A DNA stretch of 64,000 bases from positions 46,005-110,004 of the forward strand of contig JBGOEK010000002.1 in the NCBI GenBank assembly GCA_041537945.1, given 5' to 3'. Below the pieces are notes generated by a model, which saw only the letters and a program-made list of their open reading frames with translations, searched no databases and was not told the origin of the DNA. The position numbers were made by a program, and so were the translations under genes. Source of the stretch: Candidatus Thermosaccharophagus yellowstonensis. Lineage in GTDB: Bacteria > Armatimonadota > Fervidibacteria > Fervidibacterales > Thermosaccharophagaceae. Shown here piece after piece: positions 8,679 to 17,130 of the stretch; the first letter of the stretch is position 1; each line of letters starts with the position of its first letter.

Positions 8679-11393
8679 GTGATGAGGCTTCGTTGCCTAA
8701 GCGGTAAAGGCATCGCATTATTTGTCTTCATCTCCCTTGCCTTAAACATGGTGTTGCTTCATGGCGTTGCAATCGCTGGGACTGCTGATGAGGATTTCGC
8801 CTTCGCCGTTCGGTTGTATCAGAAGGAGGAGTTAGAGCTCGCAATCGAGGAGTTTGAAAAATTCGTGAAACAACACAGAGACGATGAGCGCATACCAGAA
8901 GCTCTTATCGTTCTTGGGGACTGCTACTTCAGGTTGAAACGCTATGAGCAAGCGTTGAAAGCTTTTCAGAGCGCTGCAAAGGAAGCCTCGGTCAGAGGCA
9001 GAGCTGATGTTGAGGCAAGGGCAACATACTGGGTCGGAGAATCTTACTACCAGATGCGCAAGTATGATGAGGCGATAAATTGGTATGAGATGGTGCTTAA
9101 GAAGTTCCCCAAAGGCGTTGAAGCACCTTATGCGCTCTATTCGCTTGGCTTGGCTATGCGTGAACTCGGGAAGAAGGAGGAGGCGCTCTCATATTTCAAG
9201 CGCTGTGTGGAGGCTTTCCCAGAGAGCGATGTTGCACCGCAATGTCAATGGCTTATTGGTGAATGCCTTCTTGACCTGAAGCGCTATGAGGAGGCTAAGA
9301 GGGCATACGAGGAAGTGTTGAAGCGCTACCCGAAGTCAAAGGAAGTCGCAGACGCCCTCTTGGGGCTTGGGTGGGTCAGCTTCGAACAAGGGAATTACGA
9401 GGAGGCTGCAAAGCTTTTCAACGATGTCGCCAGACATCACCCTGATACTCAGGCTGGCAAAGAAGCTGTTGTCAGGGAAGCCGATTGCTATTTCAACCTC
9501 AAGCGCTACGAACAGGCTCTTGAGCTCTACAGGAAGGTAGCCGACAGCAGGGAAAACCCATTTGCCGACCATGCCATCTACTGGAGTGGGCAATGCCTTC
9601 TGCGCATGAAGCAACCGCAAGCTGCAGCAACCCAGTTCTTGCTCCTCATAAGAGCTATGCCCAATTCGCCATATGTTGCGAGGGCATACTCAGCACTCGG
9701 AGAAGCATACATGGCGATGGAAAGGTTTCAAGAAGCCGAAGAAGCGTTCAAGGTGGCTCTCAAGCATGTTAAGGAGCAAAAGGAAGCCTCACTCATAACT
9801 GCCACCCTCGCCGACTGCCTGCTTAAGCAAGGAAAGTTTGATGAAGCCTCAAAACTCGTTGTTGAACTGCTCAAAGGGATGCCCGAAGATAAAAACATCA
9901 AAGCGCTTGTTGCCACCTTGATGAGACAGCTGGCTCAGGTTGGCGATATCAACATGCTCGCAAAGCTGATTGAGGGCGTGAAACCCACAGAAGAGGTGCT
10001 GGAAGAAGTGGCGTTAGCTTTGTTTGAGAGGGGCAAGAAGGCTTACGAGAACAAGGACTATGAGACTGCCGAACGCATTTACAAACTTTTGCTTGAGCGC
10101 TTCCAGAAGACGAGTGTCACTTCGGCAGTTCTCTTTGCGCTCGGTGCTGTGCATTATGTCCGTGAACGATATGGCGATGCTGAAGCAATCTATGCGGAGC
10201 TCTTAAAGCGCTTCCCCGATGACAAATTCGCACCCGAGGCACACTACTGGCGTGCAAATTCTCTCTGGATGCTTAAGCGCTTCGCCGAAGCACATGATGA
10301 GTTCTCCGCTTTCATCAAATCTGGATCAAAGGACGAGGCTAAAATCGTAACAGCGCTCTACAGGGACGGGCTTTGCCTTTATGAGTTGAAGCGGTTTGAA
10401 GAGGCTATATCGAGGTTTGAGCTACTGCTGAAGGAGCATCCAAATTCTGAACTTTGCGATGATGCACTCTACCAACTGAGCTGGGTCTATATAGACGCAG
10501 ACAAACGAGATAGCGCGATGAACGCGCTCAAGAGGCTGATAGAACAGCACAAGCAAAGCCAATATGTGCCAGAGGCTCATTTCCTCATAGGCGAGTTATT
10601 GCTGATGCGAAAGCAAGCTGATGAAGCCGTTGCACATTACGAGGAATGCATCAAGCTCTCGTCAGGCAAGGACGAGGAGTTATGCGGTAAGGCGTATTAC
10701 AGGTATGGCTGGGCGCTCTTGACGCTGAAGCGAAAAGCCGAAGCGCTCAAAGCGTTTGAGGAGGCTCTAAAAAGACAGCTACCCGACGATGTAAAGGCTG
10801 ACGCCATTTTGCAGGTTGGTTACCTGCAGTTTAATGAGCGCAAGTTCAACGAGGCATTGTCTTCATTTGAGCGTTTGCTCAAAGAGCATCCACAATCCCC
10901 TCTTTCCAAATTCGCTCTCCTATACAAAGGCAAATGCTTGAACGAGCTTAACAAGTTCGCCGAAGCTGAAGCTGTGCTACAGCAGTTGATTGAGAAGTAT
11001 CCGAACGAAGCGTTCATACCGAGTGCGAAGTTTGAGCTTGCATGGGCTAAGCAGAACAGGAAGCAATATGACACAGCCATTGAGCTATACAAAAGCGTTG
11101 CATCATCTGAGGGGGCTGGCGAGTTAGCCGTTGAGGCACAGTTTAGGGTGGGCGAATGCATGCTATCAAAGGGCGACACGAAAGAAGCGCTGAGGGAGTT
11201 TTTGAGGGTAGCCCTGCTTTACGAAGATTTGCCAGAGTGGGCTGCTGCTTCGCATTTCTATGCGGGGCTGTGTTATGAGCAACTCGGTGAAAATGAGAAA
11301 GCCGAAAAGGCTTACAGGACAGTGCTTGAGAAGTATCCACAAACGAAGTGGGCGGAGAAGGCTAAGGAGTGCCTGAAGAAGCTTAACAGGTGA
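8679..11393 (+). CDS. Large tetratricopeptide-repeat protein with YbgF/CpoB-like TPR units, N-terminal signal/anchor
   Basis: 904 aa. The N-terminus is hydrophobic (GIALFVFISLALNMVLLHGVAIAG). More than 15 TPR-like units follow, of the form A.Y..GECY...K.Y.EA...F......P.S..A..A.Y..G. Confidence 0.85.
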   Translation: MMRLRCLSGKGIALFVFISLALNMVLLHGVAIAGTADEDFAFAVRLYQKEELELAIEEFEKFVKQHRDDERIPEALIVLGDCYFRLKRYEQALKAFQSAAKEASVRGRADVEARATYWVGESYYQMRKYDEAINWYEMVLKKFPKGVEAPYALYSLGLAMRELGKKEEALSYFKRCVEAFPESDVAPQCQWLIGECLLDLKRYEEAKRAYEEVLKRYPKSKEVADALLGLGWVSFEQGNYEEAAKLFNDVARHHPDTQAGKEAVVREADCYFNLKRYEQALELYRKVADSRENPFADHAIYWSGQCLLRMKQPQAAATQFLLLIRAMPNSPYVARAYSALGEAYMAMERFQEAEEAFKVALKHVKEQKEASLITATLADCLLKQGKFDEASKLVVELLKGMPEDKNIKALVATLMRQLAQVGDINMLAKLIEGVKPTEEVLEEVALALFERGKKAYENKDYETAERIYKLLLERFQKTSVTSAVLFALGAVHYVRERYGDAEAIYAELLKRFPDDKFAPEAHYWRANSLWMLKRFAEAHDEFSAFIKSGSKDEAKIVTALYRDGLCLYELKRFEEAISRFELLLKEHPNSELCDDALYQLSWVYIDADKRDSAMNALKRLIEQHKQSQYVPEAHFLIGELLLMRKQADEAVAHYEECIKLSSGKDEELCGKAYYRYGWALLTLKRKAEALKAFEEALKRQLPDDVKADAILQVGYLQFNERKFNEALSSFERLLKEHPQSPLSKFALLYKGKCLNELNKFAEAEAVLQQLIEKYPNEAFIPSAKFELAWAKQNRKQYDTAIELYKSVASSEGAGELAVEAQFRVGECMLSKGDTKEALREFLRVALLYEDLPEWAAASHFYAGLCYEQLGENEKAEKAYRTVLEKYPQTKWAEKAKECLKKLNR

Positions 11394-11427
11394 TGTTTGC
11401 ACATCACTCTAAGAAGGGGGCGATAGG

Positions 11428-12081
11428 ATGAGCAGTGTGATTGAATTCATCATGAGGGGAGGACCGTTTGAGCTTGTGCTCTTGGTTTGCTCAATAGTCA
11501 TGGTCGCTCTCTTCCTTGAGCGCCTATGGACATACCACATCATCGCACGCAAAAATCGCATCGTCAAGAAGGAAGTCGAAGAGGCACTGAAGCGTGGCAT
11601 GGTGAACGATGTGCTGAGGGCTTGCGAAGCCAATATTAGCACTGTAGGGGCAGTGGTAGCAGCTGGATTGCGTAGGATGCACATGGGAGTTGAGGTCATG
11701 CAGGATGCGATGAACTTTGCGATTGCCTCAGCACAGTCGTTCCTTGAGAAGTATCTTGTCTGGCTTTCAACGATTGCGACTATAGCGCCACTCCTCGGTT
11801 TCCTTGGGACTGTCTCAGGGTTATACAAGGCTTTCGTCCAAGTCACTGTCTATGGGCTTGGAGACCCAACGAAGTTCGCAGCAGGTGTCGCTGAGGCTTT
11901 AATAACGACTCTCACAGGACTTGTGATAGCCATACCAGCAAACCTCGCTTACAATTACTTCATCAACAAAGTTGATGCCTTCGCAATTGAGATGGAAGCT
12001 GTAGCGAGGGAACTGATAGAACTGCAACAGGCTACGGCTCTTCAAGGGGCAGGTGACAAAAGTGCGGTTGCAACGAAGTAG
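11428..12081 (+). CDS. MotA/TolQ/ExbB-family proton channel protein
   Basis: 217 aa with three predicted TM segments. The C-terminal half, LSTIATIAPLLGFLGTVSGLYKAF...GVAEALITTLTGLVIAIPANLAYNYF, is the conserved MotA_ExbB core. Confidence 0.9.
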   Translation: MSSVIEFIMRGGPFELVLLVCSIVMVALFLERLWTYHIIARKNRIVKKEVEEALKRGMVNDVLRACEANISTVGAVVAAGLRRMHMGVEVMQDAMNFAIASAQSFLEKYLVWLSTIATIAPLLGFLGTVSGLYKAFVQVTVYGLGDPTKFAAGVAEALITTLTGLVIAIPANLAYNYFINKVDAFAIEMEAVARELIELQQATALQGAGDKSAVATK

Positions 12082-12499
12082 TAGGAGGATTACGCCAACG
12101 ATACCGATGGTGACGATGTCCGACGTAGCTTTCTTGCTCATCATATTCTTCCTGCTGACAACCACATTCTCGCGAGATACAGGCTTGAAGCTGAAGCTTC
12201 CTGGCGCACTGTCGCCACAGCCGATAAAGCCACAGGAAATAACAATCCGCATAACCGCAGACAGGCAAATCTATGTGGATGACCAACCTGTCCTACCTTC
12301 GCAACTTGAAGGTGTGCTGAGAAAAAGGATAAGCGAGACTGGCGTGAGGGAAGTGACAATCCGTGGTGACGCTGAAATACCATACTGGGTAGCCGTCGCC
12401 GTCATGGATACGGTGAAGAGGGTCGGGGCGAGAGTTGCAGCAATAGCTGCAGAACCTGTCCCAAGGATTGAATGGGAACGATGGGAGAGAAAGAGATAG
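12053..12499 (+). CDS. ExbD/TolR-family biopolymer transport protein
   Basis: The basic N-terminus is followed by ITPTIPMVTMSDVAFLLIIFFLLTTTF (ExbD TM signature with the conserved Asp), then a periplasmic domain (ITIRITADRQIYVDDQPV...). It overlaps the exbB-like gene by 29 nt. The exact start is uncertain (GTG 12053 or 12062). Confidence 0.88.
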   Translation: MTKVRLQRSSRRITPTIPMVTMSDVAFLLIIFFLLTTTFSRDTGLKLKLPGALSPQPIKPQEITIRITADRQIYVDDQPVLPSQLEGVLRKRISETGVREVTIRGDAEIPYWVAVAVMDTVKRVGARVAAIAAEPVPRIEWERWERKR

Positions 12500-12615
12500 C
12501 ACTGCTCCATGTGTGTTGGAACAGCTAAGAACACTCGCTGAAGAACACGCAACCACAAAGACAGCAAAAGCCTCTTAATGGGTGAAGCGCAAAGCCTCGG
12601 CAAAAGGGTGATGGA

Positions 12616-15150
12616 TTGGCTATGAGCAAACTGCAACTTATAAACGGCTTAAGTTACACATCAACGCTTTCTCGACAGGCTGATATACGCCTGCTCAAAT
12701 GCGTTTTGCTTTCCATGTTCTTACACACGGCGCTATTACCACTTGGCGCAATTCAGTTTGGTGGTGTGCAGTTCCGACAAAGGGAATCAGTCATAAGGGT
12801 TGAGATTGAGCAACTGGAAAGCGAGCCGATATACAAGCAACCAGTGGAAAGCAAGCGGGAAGTTGAAAAGAAGGCAATTGCTCAAGAGCCAATTAAAGCG
12901 CCCCAAGTGGCTTCGAGAAGAGTTGTGCAACCAAGACATGCGATCGCACCAGTAAGCAGTAGGAAACCACCAGTCGTTCAGCAGGCGTTTAAGGAAGCTG
13001 TGCCACACCACTTTAGACAGCCTGCTCAACAACCAGAGGAAGGCATCGTTGAGCATGAACAAAAGCGTGTTGCAGTCCGCCCGCGAGTTGAGCCTGCATT
13101 ACCCGAACAGCCAAGCTTTGAAGTGCCAGCTCAAAAACCTGAGAGGACGGAAGAGCAATTGGTGGCGCAAAGGTTGCGTGAGCAACCAACAAGCAAACTC
13201 ATGCCGTCTTTTGGGCAAGAGCACTTGACGATGCGCCAAGACATCATACCAACGCAGGCAGAGTTACCATCATCCAAGCAAACTACATCAAGAGTTGTTG
13301 AGGTTGCCCGCTCGCTGACGAAGATGACTGCCAAGCCTGAGGCAACCATTTCTTCACCGATGACGCTACCAAATGTTTCAGGCATAGGCGTTGAGAGGAG
13401 ACCCGGAGTTACAGCACCAGCACCGCAAGAGGATGAGCTTGTGCGCATCGCTGAAGCTCCATCTGGGAAGCTTGGCTACCCAGCGCAGAAAGAACTGCCG
13501 AAGGCGATGAGGGCGCCAATCGCGATGGATGTAGTCCCACCTGGCAAAGGCGGAGCAAAGCAGGCAGGAGAGTTTGATGTAGGTGGTGGCTCTGGTGCTC
13601 ACGGTCCTCAAAAGATGATGATAGGGAGACCGACAGGAAGCGGGGTGGGCTTATCGCAACCGCGTCCGATGGCGTTTGGCTCTGGAACTGCAACAGAGGG
13701 TGGTGGGCGTATCGGGAGCACTTTGCTTGACCAATTGATTGGCGCGTTGCGTCCTTCGGAAAGCGTCTCTGGAGTTGGTGAAGGATATGGAGGCAGAGGT
13801 GGCGATAAACTTCGTCCGGGCAGGTTCGTTGGTGCGGGCGAGTTGCTACAAGGGCGTGGGAAGCCAACAGTTGGTGGCTTTGGTGGCATAGGCGGTGGTG
13901 GCGCGGGAATAGGTGAAGGCGCAGGTGCAGGCACTGGCGCAGGCGCTGGTCCGGGCGCATTCGGTATGCCTCGCTCGCCATCGCGAGGTAGTGGCACTGG
14001 AATTGGTGGCGAAGGCGTTGGCGCACCGCAACTCATCGGTCAGCCAGAACAAGGTGGCGGTGGAACTGGCACTGGCACATCAGGCAAAGGCTATGGGAGT
14101 GGTGGCGGATATGTTTCTGGCACAGGTCCGTTTGCTGGTGGAGGTGGAGTCGGCTCAGTAGGGCGCGGTGGTGGCGGTGGCATGAAAGCCACCCCGGGCG
14201 CACCAGCGATAGGCTTTGGTGGTGATGTATCTGGCTATCGCAAAGGCGTTAAGGCAGGAGGTGGTAGTGGGCTTGGCGAGCCACCGCAAGGGACTTCACC
14301 GAAAGGGCTCTTGGAACACCCCGCAGGTAAAGGCACTCGGACAACGCCCTCTACAGGTGAGCGTCCTCAACCAGTTTCAGGTGGCGGTGGAAATGTCTCT
14401 GGCACGAGTAGGATCGGCACTGGAACATACGGGACGCCTATAAAGCGTGAAGATGTGGGAAGGCAAGTCAGGTTTACCACGATACCAGAGTCAACTGAGG
14501 GTGGCTTGTTTACGAACATAGGCGGTGAGTTCATGCGCCAACCAGTCATAGCTATCGTTGATAAGTCAAACTGGGATGTGCATATCAACAGGGTGCACAA
14601 TGTCTTGCGAGAGCTTAACAGGCGCACAAAGATACGCACCCTTGAAGTCGAAAGGAAAATCCCGTTGACACTTGAGGCGATCAAAGATGTGCCGATACTC
14701 TTCTTCTACGGTGAGGAAGCTTTTGAGCTGACAGAAGAAGAGGCGCAAGCGTTGCGTGAATATGTTCGTCTTGGCGGAACAATCTATGGCGACAGCTCAC
14801 ATGGTCCGTTTGATGTGTCTTTCATGCGCCAGATGTGCAAAGTGTTTGGGAAACGGTTGTCCGACTGGGAAGAACTGCCGATATCGCATCCGATCTTCAA
14901 TGCCTTCTACAAGATAAACGCTGTCCCGCCCGGAGACCTCGGTGAAGATTACCCCGTTCTGGGTCTGAACATTGATGGCAGACACGCGGTCATCTACTCA
15001 CGCAACGACTACAGCGATGTGATATGTGACCATCACCCGGGCAAGATCGCCCCACCAATACCGCCACAGGTTAAAGAGCTTGCCATACGCTTCAACATCA
15101 ACATCGTCGTTTACGCACTCAAGCACTGGCAGGAGAAGCGAGCAAGATAA
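12616..15150 (+). CDS. TonB/TolA-like membrane-anchored protein: SxxxH TM helix, Pro/Gln/Glu-rich spacer, long Gly-rich tract, C-terminal DUF4159-like domain
   Basis: There is a single N-terminal TM, LLKCVLLSMFLHTALLPLGAI, containing S-x3-H. A Pro-rich segment follows (QPVESKREVEKKAIAQEPIKAPQVASRRVVQPRH...), then a Gly-rich tract. The C-terminus, IKDVPILFFYGEEAFELTEEEAQALREYVRLGGTIYGDSSHGPFDVSFMRQMCKVF...HPIFNAFY...GRHAVIYSRNDYSD, fits my recollection of the DUF4159 pattern. Confidence 0.75.
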   Translation: MAMSKLQLINGLSYTSTLSRQADIRLLKCVLLSMFLHTALLPLGAIQFGGVQFRQRESVIRVEIEQLESEPIYKQPVESKREVEKKAIAQEPIKAPQVASRRVVQPRHAIAPVSSRKPPVVQQAFKEAVPHHFRQPAQQPEEGIVEHEQKRVAVRPRVEPALPEQPSFEVPAQKPERTEEQLVAQRLREQPTSKLMPSFGQEHLTMRQDIIPTQAELPSSKQTTSRVVEVARSLTKMTAKPEATISSPMTLPNVSGIGVERRPGVTAPAPQEDELVRIAEAPSGKLGYPAQKELPKAMRAPIAMDVVPPGKGGAKQAGEFDVGGGSGAHGPQKMMIGRPTGSGVGLSQPRPMAFGSGTATEGGGRIGSTLLDQLIGALRPSESVSGVGEGYGGRGGDKLRPGRFVGAGELLQGRGKPTVGGFGGIGGGGAGIGEGAGAGTGAGAGPGAFGMPRSPSRGSGTGIGGEGVGAPQLIGQPEQGGGGTGTGTSGKGYGSGGGYVSGTGPFAGGGGVGSVGRGGGGGMKATPGAPAIGFGGDVSGYRKGVKAGGGSGLGEPPQGTSPKGLLEHPAGKGTRTTPSTGERPQPVSGGGGNVSGTSRIGTGTYGTPIKREDVGRQVRFTTIPESTEGGLFTNIGGEFMRQPVIAIVDKSNWDVHINRVHNVLRELNRRTKIRTLEVERKIPLTLEAIKDVPILFFYGEEAFELTEEEAQALREYVRLGGTIYGDSSHGPFDVSFMRQMCKVFGKRLSDWEELPISHPIFNAFYKINAVPPGDLGEDYPVLGLNIDGRHAVIYSRNDYSDVICDHHPGKIAPPIPPQVKELAIRFNINIVVYALKHWQEKRAR
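13581..14400 (+). repeat. Glycine-rich low-complexity coding tract (GGN-codon rich) inside the 12616-15150 gene
   Basis: Translated text includes GGFGGIGGGGAGIGEGAGAGTGAGAGPGAFG, GGGGTGTGTSGKGYGSGGGYVSGTGPFAGGGGVGSVGRGGGGG and similar runs. It produces long Pro-rich shadow ORFs on the minus strand. Confidence 0.85.
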
Positions 15151-15222
15151 GGAACAGCTATGGCATGCCAGAATGAGCAACCCCAATTGCACTCCCATGT
15201 GGACGAATTTTCATGCTCGTCT

Positions 15223-15951
15223 TCAAATTTGCAAAAGCTTGCGGGCGTTCCCTCCGAGTATCAGCGCCTCATCCTGTGGCGATAACGACAATAGCTTTAT
15301 TTTCTGCAGTTCGAGCGCCGGATGAAGCAAAGGACCGTCAGAGCCAAAGAGAATCTTTGTTGGACCTGCATGCATAACCGCTTCGTAGAGGTAATCAAAG
15401 AAGCGGACGCCAGAGGTGTCGGCATAGATGTTTTCATACCGTGAGAGCAAATACGGCATGAATTGAAACACGCGCCAGTCATCGGAGAAACTCCCAAGAT
15501 GAGCTACGACAAATGTCACATCGCTAAACTCGGATGCAAGTAAAGGTAGCACTTCAACTTTGCCAGCTACATCCACAAGTATTGGCAAACCCATCGCGGA
15601 AGCAACCTCACACAGCTCCCTCGTTGGTAGAGACTCTGAGGCATGAACCTTAATCCCTTTAAAGCCATACTCTTCAACGGCTTTCCTGAGCATGCGCTCA
15701 ATCTTGCCAGCGTCCCTTCTCGGATGTATCCGTGCGAAGCCGATGAGCCTACCCTCATGCTTTGAAACCACTTGCGCGACTTCGGCATTTGCACGCTCGT
15801 AGTTCTCGCTCGTTATCGCGAAGACGACCGTCCTATCAATTCCAGCTTGCTCGGCTCTCTCAAGGTATAGCTCAATGCTCGCCCTCGTCGTCCAAGGAGC
15901 TTGCAACTCTTCTCCACTCCCAACATGGCAGTGGAAGTCAATGACCATCAT
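15223..15951 (-). CDS. Amidohydrolase-family metal-dependent hydrolase (TIM-barrel, Amidohydro_2-like)
   Basis: MMVIDFHCHVGSG (HxH metal motif), GIKVHA, VAHLG and LFGSDGP. I prefer the internal ATG at 15951, which is preceded by GGAGGTGAG and lies 20 nt after the upstream gene stop. The track ORF extends to 16047 and would overlap that gene. Confidence 0.75.
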   Translation of the reverse strand: MMVIDFHCHVGSGEELQAPWTTRASIELYLERAEQAGIDRTVVFAITSENYERANAEVAQVVSKHEGRLIGFARIHPRRDAGKIERMLRKAVEEYGFKGIKVHASESLPTRELCEVASAMGLPILVDVAGKVEVLPLLASEFSDVTFVVAHLGSFSDDWRVFQFMPYLLSRYENIYADTSGVRFFDYLYEAVMHAGPTKILFGSDGPLLHPALELQKIKLLSLSPQDEALILGGNARKLLQI

Positions 15952-15970
15952 TGGCTCACCTCCGAGTCTT

Positions 15971-16978
15971 TCATTGCGTTTCGAACTCGCGTTCAACCCA
16001 CTTGAAAATGGCTTCGTAAAGTGAAACGACACAGAAGACGATGCCAACTGCTATGGCGATATGCGCTATGGCAAGCTGAAGCACAATTGATAGCCAAAGG
16101 ATGCTTTGCATCCGCTTCTTCCTCTCGTTTGCTATGTGCATCAGTGTGCTGGATATCGTTCCCGTCTTCTCACCCGTGTGAAGCGATGACCTTTCCGATG
16201 GACTGAAAAGGGTTGAGAGCGCCTCGGACAAGCTTCTTCCAGATTGGACAGCCCTGACTGCAGCAACTGCCCTCGCCTTCAACATCGGCACATCAATAGC
16301 TTCAGAACTTACCTCTAACGCCTGATGCGCACTCATGCCCGCCTCAAGCGCTTGAGCAAGCACGAGTGAGAAGTTGGCAATCGCCCTGTGAACTATCGCA
16401 CCACCGAAGATCGGGATAGTTGAGGTGAGTTGCCTGATGAGAGAGCTAACCTTTGGCACTCGTGAAAGCGAGCGCAGAAAACACATCAGCAACCAGATTG
16501 AAAGCAAAGCTGGCAGGATACGCTTTAGCGCCAAAGAGAGATACCACTGAAAACCCTCAAGCAAAGCGTTTGGCAGTGGTAGGACGAAAACCAGAGCCAA
16601 TATGCACACGCTCAAATAAAGCCTGCTCCACCTCCATTTGCGTTGCCATGCAGATTCAAACTCATACTGCTCGGCAGTGAATGAGAGCATCCTTGCAAGC
16701 CCTCCTGTGAGTTCGCCAACCTTCACCATACCGATGAGCCAATCATCGATGAAGAGGCGTGAGCTTAACATTGCTTCCGAAAGCCCCTTGCCAGAAGCGC
16801 ACTCATTTGCAAGCAACCTATAGATGTTGCGCATCCTCCTGCTTGACGATGTTTCTTGAAGCATCTTCAATGCCTCGTATGGTGTCATGCCAGAATGCAA
16901 AGCTGCGCTTAGCTGGCGAAGCATCATGGCTATATCATCTTTGCGGAGATGCCCTCGTAGCATTAGCGCCATACTCAT
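15971..16978 (-). CDS. Type II secretion / type IV pilus platform protein F family (GspF/PilC-like), isolated from other secretion genes
   Basis: Two T2SSF-like repeats are present: LRQLSAALHSGMTPYEALKMLQE...GKGLSEAM...MVKVGELTGGLARML and ANFSLVLAQALEAGMSAHQALEVSSEAI...VQSGRSLSEAL...LHTGEKTGTISSTL. TM segments lie between and after them. The ATG at 16978 follows AAGGTGAGG; the track ORF starts with GTG at 17008. Confidence 0.7.
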   Translation of the reverse strand: MSMALMLRGHLRKDDIAMMLRQLSAALHSGMTPYEALKMLQETSSSRRMRNIYRLLANECASGKGLSEAMLSSRLFIDDWLIGMVKVGELTGGLARMLSFTAEQYEFESAWQRKWRWSRLYLSVCILALVFVLPLPNALLEGFQWYLSLALKRILPALLSIWLLMCFLRSLSRVPKVSSLIRQLTSTIPIFGGAIVHRAIANFSLVLAQALEAGMSAHQALEVSSEAIDVPMLKARAVAAVRAVQSGRSLSEALSTLFSPSERSSLHTGEKTGTISSTLMHIANERKKRMQSILWLSIVLQLAIAHIAIAVGIVFCVVSLYEAIFKWVEREFETQ

Positions 16979-17130
16979 TACCTCACCTTGCCTTAGCCGT
17001 ATCGGCACAGTTGATAGACATTGAACTGGCGCATCAGCGTTTGCAAAATGTTAGTGTGCTTCACCGTGCGCTCGCAAACTATCATGAGGCTATCTTGTTC
17101 GGACTCAAAAGCTTGCGAGGTGAATAGGAA

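Noticed and set aside
13409-14052. Long minus-strand ORFs (205, 142 and 68 aa), rich in Pro, His and Arg.
   Set aside because: These are antisense shadows of the GGN-rich glycine tract in the well-supported 12616-15150 gene. They have low-complexity composition and no start or RBS context.
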